From a virus: a stretch of DNA of 64,000 nt. The notes beneath the pieces were generated by a model that saw nothing but the letters and a program-made list of their open reading frames with translations, was not told the DNA's origin and made no database searches. Made by a program: the position numbers and the translations under genes. Shown here in pieces: positions 27,603-35,271 of the stretch (positions are counted from its first letter, which is position 1; each line of letters begins with the position of its first letter). Where the stretch lies: IMG/VR virus record IMGVR_UViG_3300040751_002535; one strand, given 5' to 3'.

Positions 27603-28045
27603 ACATACAACACGAACCACTGTTTGATACAGCAAAGGTAGAAAAGATTTACTCAGAAAAAGATGGTGTAGATGTAAAGTACGTTTGTACCTCTGCTACT
27701 AACGAACATGCCGCACAGGCCGCTGACATCTTCTATCGTGAGATACCGCATCCAGAATTTGGCAATCGTTACTTTGGTATATTCCGCGCTACTGGGTATG
27801 GTGCTGCGTTAGAGCCTCAAATCATGATCACAAATGCTGATGTTGTAGAGTCATTTGTGTTTGGTATGATTGAAGGTCCTAATGGTTGGGAGTATTCACA
27901 GCATAGACATGACTATCGTATTGTAGGCGATTGTGCCGTTGATGGCGGTCGATCATACTTTAAACGTGCGGGTGATTTGAGTGTGCCTACTAAGTTTATG
28001 AAAATTGTTAATGGTGAGTTTGTAGATGAAAAGCAAGATCTCTAA
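27599..28045 (+). CDS. conserved hypothetical phage protein
   Basis: HPEFGNRYFG...YS..RHDY...DGGRSY. Confidence 0.65.
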   Translation: MNIQHEPLFDTAKVEKIYSEKDGVDVKYVCTSATNEHAAQAADIFYREIPHPEFGNRYFGIFRATGYGAALEPQIMITNADVVESFVFGMIEGPNGWEYSQHRHDYRIVGDCAVDGGRSYFKRAGDLSVPTKFMKIVNGEFVDEKQDL

Positions 28046-28059
28046 AGATGACAGCAAAA

Positions 28060-28120
28060 AACTTGTGCGTGGCAGATCAACTACACTCCTATCAATATTG
28101 AGGAACTAAGGATTGTATAA
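28060..28120 (+). pseudogene. possible relic of a metallophosphoesterase C-terminus
   Basis: With one frameshift reads NLCV-QINYTPINIEELRIV*. Confidence 0.35.
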
Positions 28121-28272
28121 TGTCCAAGAATGTACGCAGGCCTCAGGCACCCAAGAGGCGCAACTTTGAAGCAAAGGCGGTAAGGGATCCACAAGGTCCC
28201 TTCCGTCCGCAAGTGATCAAGAATAAGATCAAAAAGAAACCCAAGTACAATAAGATTGAGTGGGACGAATAA
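28120..28272 (+). CDS. ArfA-like small basic protein (50 aa, not in ORF track)
   Basis: MSKNVRRPQAPKRRNFEAKAVRDPQGPFRPQVIKNKIKKKPKYNKIEWDE; AGGA RBS. Confidence 0.55.
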   Translation: MSKNVRRPQAPKRRNFEAKAVRDPQGPFRPQVIKNKIKKKPKYNKIEWDE

Positions 28273-28273
28273 A

Positions 28274-28486
28274 ATGAAACGCAAATACGACCTTCCAAAA
28301 AAATATGAATTAGATAACGAAACAGTAGATCAGATGGCTATTCACAGTCTTAAAGAACACTACAACTATACTGTAGAAGACATGGACAACTTTGTGCTGC
28401 ATCAAAAAGGACATCCAGATGACTATGAACGCAACATAGAACTAAAAAGTGCTTTCAAAATAGTTCTTGACTATTACGGAGAATAA
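28274..28486 (+). CDS. hypothetical protein
   Basis: ATG immediately after the previous stop. Confidence 0.55.
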   Translation: MKRKYDLPKKYELDNETVDQMAIHSLKEHYNYTVEDMDNFVLHQKGHPDDYERNIELKSAFKIVLDYYGE

Positions 28487-28521
28487 CTGTATATTAGTTT
28501 TAAACCAAGTAAGAGGCACAC

Positions 28522-28722
28522 ATGGCAAAGTATGGACCAAAAGTTTTTCCTAGTGACATTATTAATACTAAAAAACATTGGGCAATAGGCACAATTTGGA
28601 ACGCCGAAGGCTCAAAAGGCATATATAATATTGAAATGGTGGACAAAGGCTTTACATGTGATTGCCCAGCATTTAAAAAGTGCAAGCACATTAAACAAGT
28701 AGAGGAAGCATTCAATGGCTAA
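28522..28722 (+). CDS. SWIM zinc-finger protein
   Basis: GSKG..Y...FTCDCPAF..CKH. Confidence 0.8.
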   Translation: MAKYGPKVFPSDIINTKKHWAIGTIWNAEGSKGIYNIEMVDKGFTCDCPAFKKCKHIKQVEEAFNG

Positions 28723-29914
28723 AGCAAACAAAGCAGCAGCAAAACCTAAGAAAAAAACAGTACGGGCAGTGCGCCGAGGCGCCAATATGATGCCATTGAT
28801 GCCAACAAAAGGATTAACTTGGAATAAGGCCAAGTACTACACACATTATGAAGTAGAATCAAAGGAGTGGCTAACAACTGTTAAAACATACATTAAAAAT
28901 CATTACGACAAGAAGGTTGTTAGTTCAATCAACCGGCTACCAGATTGGAAAGTTGGTGGGAAAAGTCATTGGACTTGTGCGGCGTATTGTTTAGATAATT
29001 ATCCAGAGATTGTTCCGCCAGCATACAGTGAAGGACTAAACAAGTGGATTCTTGAACTTGCCGAAGAAGGCGCTGCTCTTGTAGAAGAAAAGAAGGCAGA
29101 AGAAAAAACCAAAAAGAATGTATATGTTCCTAGTATACAAGAACGTATTACAGAACAGGCACAAGAGGCTTGTGATGCAATCGAAGAATGGCTTGAAGGA
29201 TTTATCACCAACAAGAAAAATTTTGATCCAAAGGGTTTTGACTTTACTGCACACTTTGCTAAAATGAAAGTGTCGCAAGCCCATGCCCGCAAGATCAAAG
29301 GGTATTACGCAGGCGAACTTGCTGAAGCACAGTTGATTCAAAAGTTGCCTACTCCTGGCGAAATCAATCGTGAGAAGGACGAACACAAAGCTGACATGCT
29401 ACAGCAGCTACGCGAAGGCTACAGCCATCTAACTAAAAAGGATGCAGCAACATACTTGGAAGCACTAGAGACGCTACACGGCGCTTGTGACCTTGTTATA
29501 GACGCTGCTAAAGCCACACGCAAGCCGCGTACAAAAAAGGCGCCAAGCAAAGAAAAATTGGTTGCTAAGTTGAAGTATCTTGAGCGTGATGATAAACTAC
29601 AGCTAGTTAGTGTAAACCCATTGGATGTATTGGATGCCAAAGAAGTTTGGGTGTACAACACAAAGACACGCAAACTTGGCAAATATATTGCAGACGATCA
29701 TGCTACAATACAAGTGAAAGGCACAACGCTGTTGCACTATGATGAAAAGAACAGTGTACAAAAAACATTACGCAAGCCAGACGAAACTCTTAAATCATTT
29801 AAAAAAGCCGGTAAGGTGCAACTACGCAAGTTTATGGATGAGATTAAAACAACTGATATCAAACTCAACGGACGTTTAAATAGTGATACTATTATTCTAA
29901 AATGTACACAATAA
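28715..29914 (+). CDS. conserved hypothetical protein of large T4-like phages
   Basis: 399-aa Lys-rich ORF; C-terminal VYNTKTRKLG..SVQKTLRKP..NGRLN. Confidence 0.6.
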   Translation: MAKANKAAAKPKKKTVRAVRRGANMMPLMPTKGLTWNKAKYYTHYEVESKEWLTTVKTYIKNHYDKKVVSSINRLPDWKVGGKSHWTCAAYCLDNYPEIVPPAYSEGLNKWILELAEEGAALVEEKKAEEKTKKNVYVPSIQERITEQAQEACDAIEEWLEGFITNKKNFDPKGFDFTAHFAKMKVSQAHARKIKGYYAGELAEAQLIQKLPTPGEINREKDEHKADMLQQLREGYSHLTKKDAATYLEALETLHGACDLVIDAAKATRKPRTKKAPSKEKLVAKLKYLERDDKLQLVSVNPLDVLDAKEVWVYNTKTRKLGKYIADDHATIQVKGTTLLHYDEKNSVQKTLRKPDETLKSFKKAGKVQLRKFMDEIKTTDIKLNGRLNSDTIILKCTQ

Positions 29915-29922
29915 ATAAGTAT

Positions 29923-30222
29923 ATGAATAATAAGAATAGAATTGAAAAACAAGTAGCACGTTGGGACTTATATGCAAAAATAGCCCCAACGTTTTTTTTA
30001 GTTGTAGCAACAATAGCACTTACCTACGGTATAACAAGTTTTGATACACTGTTTAATATAGGAATGGTGCTATTTGCGTTTACTGCGGTAACTTGGTGGT
30101 TCTGGACTATTTTTACAATACGATATATTATTAACATAATGTCAGTGGCAACACAGGACTTGATAGATGTTAAACAAGATCTTAAAGAGATCAGAGAGGA
30201 GTACGTAGATGACTCCAAGTAG
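29923..30222 (+). CDS. 2-TM membrane protein (leaderless late)
   Basis: Two hydrophobic helices plus coiled tail; ATG 5 nt after TAAATA (29912-29917). Confidence 0.6.
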   Translation: MNNKNRIEKQVARWDLYAKIAPTFFLVVATIALTYGITSFDTLFNIGMVLFAFTAVTWWFWTIFTIRYIINIMSVATQDLIDVKQDLKEIREEYVDDSK

Positions 30223-30688
30223 AATAGTAATACTTAATATAATAAGCGGGCTGAGTTTGGCAACATGCATTATATTTGGTGTAACATACATGAGTTTCAA
30301 AAACGCCAATGTATTCCAAGATATAAAGATTGAAATAATAAATAACCCTGTTACCGGAAGTAGTGATATTGAATTTTCAATGATAGGATACAAGAGATAT
30401 GAGTGCAACAGTACACGAATATACGGAGTTGCATATGCAGAAGACGGCAGTCATTCACACCAGTTAGATGCTTTTACAAGACAGTATACACGCAACGTGC
30501 GTCCGGGCGAAATAGTGCCAAACACGTGGAGTATGGAACGACCTGCAGATATGGACCACAATGCTCGCTATAGAGTAACTATGTACGGAGACTTTGTTTG
30601 CAATCACTGGGTATTCAAAGTTCCTAAAACAGCAGAGTATAGTAATATATTATTAATTGTAGAACCAGTTGACAATAACACAGAATAG
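30209..30688 (+). CDS. membrane-anchored periplasmic protein
   Basis: N-terminal TM helix, Cys pair, GAGGAG RBS. Confidence 0.6.
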   Translation: MTPSRIVILNIISGLSLATCIIFGVTYMSFKNANVFQDIKIEIINNPVTGSSDIEFSMIGYKRYECNSTRIYGVAYAEDGSHSHQLDAFTRQYTRNVRPGEIVPNTWSMERPADMDHNARYRVTMYGDFVCNHWVFKVPKTAEYSNILLIVEPVDNNTE

Positions 30689-30697
30689 TAGTATTAT
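30669..30697 (+). promoter_or_regulatory. sigma70-like promoter of queD
   Basis: TTGACA, 17 nt, TATTAT. Confidence 0.7.
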
Positions 30698-30706
30698 AAG
30701 TAATAC

Positions 30707-30764
30707 AGTGGACTAAGTGTTCGACCCACTTTAAATATTCCGCACACTCCATTAACAAAGGAGT
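30707..30764 (+). promoter_or_regulatory. candidate cis-regulatory RNA (H-type pseudoknot / anti-SD switch) in the queD leader
   Basis: P1 AGTGG/CCACT; loop AGTGT pairs with ACACT; overlapping ACTCC pairs with the SD GGAGT. Confidence 0.45.
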
Positions 30765-30770
30765 ATACTA

Positions 30771-31223
30771 ATGGCTTATTATTCGACTAAAACATACGGA
30801 CACCAAATTGGCTTATCAGCAGTGTTCCGTCAACCACATGCAGATCATTCACACTGCAAATTCTTACATGGCTATAGCTTGGGTTTCAGGTTCACATTTG
30901 GCTGTGAAGAACTAGACAACAAAAACTGGGCAGTAGACTTTGGTGGCCTCAAACCTCTCAAAGCATGGCTTGAAGATACATTTGATCACAAGACAGTCAT
31001 TGACAGAGATGATCCGTTCTTGTACAAGTTTGCAGAGCTTGAAAACATGGGCTTGTGTGAAATCACAGTGCTAGACGGAGTTGGTGCAGAGAAGTTCGCA
31101 TATCATGCTTGGCGTTTTGCCGACAAACTGATACGTGAAGCAACAGACAATCGTTGCTGGTGTGCAGAAGTAGAATGTTCAGAGCATGGAGCAAACAGTG
31201 CAATCTACAAAGCAGTGGACTGA
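30771..31223 (+). CDS. queD: 6-carboxy-5,6,7,8-tetrahydropterin synthase (6-PTPS family)
   Basis: HCKFLHGY, VDFGGLK, FDH, GAEKFA, E.GANSA. Confidence 0.85.
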   Translation: MAYYSTKTYGHQIGLSAVFRQPHADHSHCKFLHGYSLGFRFTFGCEELDNKNWAVDFGGLKPLKAWLEDTFDHKTVIDRDDPFLYKFAELENMGLCEITVLDGVGAEKFAYHAWRFADKLIREATDNRCWCAEVECSEHGANSAIYKAVD

Positions 31224-32016
31224 GACTAAAGCAGAACGCAAAGCAAGGAAGGCCCGCGACAAAGCGGGTCTGCCTGTTGTTCCTGTACCAAACCCTAATG
31301 TTGAAACAATATCAACTCCTAAAAGATATGTAGCGTGTCTAAAATGGGGTGACAAATATTCTGCTGAGTACGTAAACAAGTTATACAATATGGTGGATAG
31401 GAATATCACTATTGATTATGAGTTTGTATGCTTTACAGAAAACACAACAGGATTGAACAAAAATATCACAACCTATCCACTGCCAAAAATAAGAGCCGAT
31501 GGTTGGTGGTACAAACCTATGTTTGTTGGTGCAGACTTGCCAATAAAAGGAACACTGTTATTTTTAGATTTAGATGTTGTAGTTTTTAAAAACATTGACA
31601 AGCTGTTTACACATCAACCTAATAGATTTTGTATCATACGTGACTTCAATCGTAGTCAACGCAAAGATTGGAACCGTATGAACAGTAGTGTGTTTAGAAT
31701 AAACATTGGAGCATACGATAATATTTGGCAGCAATTCAAACAAAATCCTCTGGCGCACATGCAACGATTGCGTGGAGATCAAGATTGGATGTTTAAACAC
31801 ATTACTGATCATCAATTCTGGCCTGACGAATGGATAATGAGTTACAAGTGGGAAATGAGAGACAGGAGAGATCTCAAACTTGATCCTGTAAGAAAACGTA
31901 ACTTTGTAATAGACGCACCACCTAAAATAGATCCTAATACATGTATTGCTGTATTTCACGGAGAACCAAATCCAGAAGATGCAAATGACAGTTGGGTAAA
32001 GGAACATTGGCAATGA
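31186..32016 (+). CDS. GT-A fold glycosyltransferase (GT8-like)
   Basis: CLKWGDKY, FLDLDV (DxD), NSSV, GDQDW, VFHGEPNP. Confidence 0.75.
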   Translation: MEQTVQSTKQWTETKAERKARKARDKAGLPVVPVPNPNVETISTPKRYVACLKWGDKYSAEYVNKLYNMVDRNITIDYEFVCFTENTTGLNKNITTYPLPKIRADGWWYKPMFVGADLPIKGTLLFLDLDVVVFKNIDKLFTHQPNRFCIIRDFNRSQRKDWNRMNSSVFRINIGAYDNIWQQFKQNPLAHMQRLRGDQDWMFKHITDHQFWPDEWIMSYKWEMRDRRDLKLDPVRKRNFVIDAPPKIDPNTCIAVFHGEPNPEDANDSWVKEHWQ

Positions 32017-32231
32017 CAACAACTAACATTTATGTAGTACATACCTATAATAAAACTTCACAAGAATCAAACTATAGATATCACGGAGTATATAGCAGTA
32101 AAGAACTTGCTGATGCCGCGGGCAAAGAATACTGCGAAACATGGGGCGAAGATTCACTATGTTATACAGTAAATATAAGTGCATTGGACGATATCATTAA
32201 TGGTGTACACAGGAGCGAGCTTAGTGGTTGA
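32013..32231 (+). CDS. hypothetical protein
   Basis: IYVV...GVYSSKELA; AAGGA RBS. Confidence 0.55.
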   Translation: MTTTNIYVVHTYNKTSQESNYRYHGVYSSKELADAAGKEYCETWGEDSLCYTVNISALDDIINGVHRSELSG

Positions 32232-32256
32232 CAAACTAGTTAAAATCTAGTATAGT
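32228..32256 (+). promoter_or_regulatory. sigma70-like promoter (leaderless)
   Basis: TTGACA, 17 nt, TATAGT; ATG at 32263. Confidence 0.7.
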
Positions 32257-32262
32257 AGTTGT

Positions 32263-32436
32263 ATGATTAGAACTTATATGATGTATGCAGGTCTTACTTT
32301 TCTCGGCTACGAGTATGGCGAGACCGAAGAGGCAGTGGTTTTTAGGACGGTTGGCAAGTTTGGCCCTCCCCAAAACTGGAACGAAACCAAATATACAGCA
32401 ACACTTATCAAGTTGCCCGAACTGGACCTAGTATGA
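32263..32436 (+). CDS. hypothetical 57-aa protein (not in ORF track)
   Basis: MIRTYMMYAG...LPELDLV*, ATGA-coupled to uvsE. Confidence 0.55.
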   Translation: MIRTYMMYAGLTFLGYEYGETEEAVVFRTVGKFGPPQNWNETKYTATLIKLPELDLV

Positions 32437-33467
32437 CAAAACGCATCGGCTTTGCCTGCAAGTATCTACATTACAATCAATCACAGCCTAAGAAGCTGTT
32501 AGAAGAACTACAGCGACCTCTTACAGAGCGCAGCACCACAGTTGCTTGGCTAAATAGACAAACAACGGCAGTTGCAGAAGAACGCATGTGGGATATCATG
32601 GTTCATAATGCTGCCGCAGCAAAAAGGTTAGTTGAATATGTGGGAAGCCTTCCTCCAGAGCTTAGAATGGTCCGACTGGGTAGTAATCAGCTTCCTTGTT
32701 ATACCCAGCGTGACTGGAGTTATTTTTGGCAGCGTCCTGACGTTATTGCACATGGTGAGAGAGAATATGCAAAAGTCGGTGAAGCGGCAAGAGCCCTTGA
32801 TGTGCGACTATCAATGCATCCAGGACAATTCTGTGTACTCGCAAGTGACAATGACGAAATCGTCGAAAGGAGCATAGAAGAATTTGAATATCACGCCACT
32901 CTCATACGGTGGATGGGCTACGGAAAACGCTTCCAAGACTTCAAGTGCAACGTACACATCTCAGGCCGCAAAGGTCCAGCCGGTATCCGCGACACGCTTA
33001 AACGCCTCTCGCCAGAAGCAAGAAACACTATTACAATCGAAAACGACGAAAACAAATGGGGAATTGGAGACAGTCTTGAGCTTGCAAACGATCTCGCTCT
33101 GGTGCTAGACATCCACCATCACTGGTGTCGTGAAGGAGAATATATTCAACCCGATGATGACCGTATTAAACGTATTGTCGATAGCTGGCGTGGCGAGCGT
33201 CCTGCTATGCATTACAGTTGTAGCCGCGAGGATGTACTACAAGAATTTGATCCAGGTGTACGACCAGACATGGCAACACTGCTTGAAAGTGGATACAAAA
33301 AAGGAAAACTAAGAGCACACAGTGATTACATGTGGAATAATGCAGTCAATGAATGGGCATTGTCGCATTGGGAGTGGGCAGACATTATGGTCGAGGCTAA
33401 GATGAAAAACTTGGCAAGTGGACAACTTTATAGCATGACCGAAGAGTCCAAGCAAATGGCAGCATAA
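32433..33467 (+). CDS. uvsE: UV damage endonuclease
   Basis: RIGFAC, RLSMHPGQF, IENDE, LDIHHHW, AHSD, MVEAK.K. Confidence 0.92.
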   Translation: MTKRIGFACKYLHYNQSQPKKLLEELQRPLTERSTTVAWLNRQTTAVAEERMWDIMVHNAAAAKRLVEYVGSLPPELRMVRLGSNQLPCYTQRDWSYFWQRPDVIAHGEREYAKVGEAARALDVRLSMHPGQFCVLASDNDEIVERSIEEFEYHATLIRWMGYGKRFQDFKCNVHISGRKGPAGIRDTLKRLSPEARNTITIENDENKWGIGDSLELANDLALVLDIHHHWCREGEYIQPDDDRIKRIVDSWRGERPAMHYSCSREDVLQEFDPGVRPDMATLLESGYKKGKLRAHSDYMWNNAVNEWALSHWEWADIMVEAKMKNLASGQLYSMTEESKQMAA

Positions 33468-33474
33468 ATACAGC

Positions 33475-33783
33475 ATGGAGAACAACATGAGAAGCAACTT
33501 TATACAAACGATGTATGCACGTACACAAGCGCCTACACAGTCACAGGATAAAAATCCTAACAGAGTGCTGGGCGGACTCAAGGGCGCAGGCGTAAATAGT
33601 TTTACCATGCTTGGCGAAGATGGTATGGAAAAACAAATACCAACTCAAGCATATGTTTTTGCACTTGAAGAAAAGTTAAGTAGATTAGAACAACAACTAA
33701 AAGAACAAGACAAACGTATTAGGAGATTATCAAATGATCAAAAACTGGATAGAAACACGATTACGGGAGCGGTCAACCGTTGA
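33475..33783 (+). CDS. hypothetical coiled-coil protein
   Basis: Follows TAAATA (33465-33470); alternative start ATG 33487 with GGAG. Confidence 0.6.
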   Translation: MENNMRSNFIQTMYARTQAPTQSQDKNPNRVLGGLKGAGVNSFTMLGEDGMEKQIPTQAYVFALEEKLSRLEQQLKEQDKRIRRLSNDQKLDRNTITGAVNR

Positions 33784-33898
33784 CGGAGTGCTAATGGTAG
33801 CAGCAGGCGCAGCTATTATTATCTTTTCCCCATTAACTAAACTTATTGCTTATGGTGCTATTGCATACGGAGCATGGACTATTTGGCGCAAAGGTTAA
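33734..33898 (+). CDS. 54-aa 2-TM membrane protein (not in ORF track)
   Basis: MIKNWIETRLRERSTVDGVLMVAAGAAIIIFSPLTKLIAYGAIAYGAWTIWRKG; AGGAG RBS. Confidence 0.65.
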   Translation: MIKNWIETRLRERSTVDGVLMVAAGAAIIIFSPLTKLIAYGAIAYGAWTIWRKG

Positions 33899-34578
33899 AA
33901 GTTGCAGCCATTGGATGTAGTTTTACAAACTACATTTGGCCTACATATGCAGATGTACTTCAAGCAGACAAGTTTGGTCAAGCAGGTATTGGCAACGAGC
34001 GCATCTTCTACATATTATGTCACTTATACAAAACACAGCAGTTGTATCTTTATGATGCAATTATTATTCAATGGACTGGTCCTTTTAGATTTGATTACTT
34101 GAAAAAAGACGGATGGACACACAATGACGGCAATATTGCCCATAGTGTAGAAAATAGGTATATTTGGAAGAAAATTAAAGAGTGGTACAATGAAGATTTT
34201 GAAACTGAAAAAAGTGAAAATTATATTTTAGCAACAAAAGCAATTTGCGATAAGATAGGAATAAAACAATATCATATGTCCATGACTGATTTTATAGACT
34301 ATGTAGACCTACCTGAACTAAGTGATAATTTTAAAGGAAGGTATCAAATACAAAGTGCTAAATGGTCAAAAACACCATTTGAAGATGGGCATCCTGATAT
34401 TCCTTCTCATATTTCAATAGCAGAAAAAGCCGCAGAATATTTACAAACTAACATTAGTCCTATTATGACAAACAAGTGTAACGATTTTCACAAACAGATT
34501 TTAAAAGGAATGACGTTTGAAGATATAGATAATGATTACAAGCTATATTTTTCCAATAGGCATATTACTGCTTGCTGA
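33874..34578 (+). CDS. SGNH/GDSL hydrolase-like protein
   Basis: AIGCSFT, GIGN..I, QWT...RFD, DGHP...H. Confidence 0.7.
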   Translation: MDYLAQRLKVAAIGCSFTNYIWPTYADVLQADKFGQAGIGNERIFYILCHLYKTQQLYLYDAIIIQWTGPFRFDYLKKDGWTHNDGNIAHSVENRYIWKKIKEWYNEDFETEKSENYILATKAICDKIGIKQYHMSMTDFIDYVDLPELSDNFKGRYQIQSAKWSKTPFEDGHPDIPSHISIAEKAAEYLQTNISPIMTNKCNDFHKQILKGMTFEDIDNDYKLYFSNRHITAC

Positions 34579-34830
34579 CATTTTCCATACTTGCTTTGCA
34601 TTCACTCCACGCTGTTGTGCAAAACGTTTTGCATCGCAGTTTTCGCATACATGGAAATAGTTGTTGCTGAGTCTTTTTGGATCCATACTTCCTCGCTCTC
34701 TAGCAAACTCTTCGTTGCAGTTATCGCAACGTAGCAGTACCATTGTTTTTTTACGATTATACGTGTGTTGTTTGCCGAGTTTACTGCGGCGCATGTGCCA
34801 CGTATCAATTAAATATTCTTTTAGAAACAT
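34543..34830 (-). CDS. zinc-binding hypothetical protein (leaderless late)
   Basis: CDNC...CENC; ATG 5 nt after TAAATA (34836-34841, minus strand). Confidence 0.65.
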   Translation of the reverse strand: MFLKEYLIDTWHMRRSKLGKQHTYNRKKTMVLLRCDNCNEEFARERGSMDPKRLSNNYFHVCENCDAKRFAQQRGVNAKQVWKMSASSNMPIGKI

Positions 34831-34876
34831 AAGTATATTTACCACTGATTTACATTAAGATTATAAAATACAACGA

Positions 34877-34882
34877 TAAATA
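34877..34882 (+). promoter_or_regulatory. T4-like late promoter (iscA and tail operon)
   Basis: TAAATA upstream of AAGGA RBS; divergent from 34836-34841. Confidence 0.6.
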
Positions 34883-34897
34883 TTAGAAAGGAACACT

Positions 34898-35260
34898 ATG
34901 AGCATACTAACATTAACTCCAGCAGCAGAGAAACAAATCGATCTTCTAAGTGAAGAAAACAACTGCTACGGCATTACACTAAACATCAAGGGTGGTGGAT
35001 GTGCTGGATTTGAATACGAATGGGGTACAGTAGCTACTCCAGCAGACTTAGCAGCAGATGACGAAGTTGTAAAAACAACAAATGGATGTGCGTTTGTAGT
35101 AGGCGCTCACAGTTTAATGTTTCTAATAGGAACCGAAGTGGATTATGTAAAAAGTTTAGTTGGTGCTAACTTTGAAATAAACAATCCAAATGCACAGAGT
35201 TCATGCGGATGTGGCGTAAGCGTCAACTTCGATATGGATAATTTAGTACCACAGTTTTAA
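34898..35260 (+). CDS. iscA: A-type Fe-S carrier (HesB/IscA family)
   Basis: GGGCAGFEY, GTEVDY, NPNA..SCGCG.S. Confidence 0.9.
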   Translation: MSILTLTPAAEKQIDLLSEENNCYGITLNIKGGGCAGFEYEWGTVATPADLAADDEVVKTTNGCAFVVGAHSLMFLIGTEVDYVKSLVGANFEINNPNAQSSCGCGVSVNFDMDNLVPQF

Positions 35261-35271
35261 AGGATAAAGAA

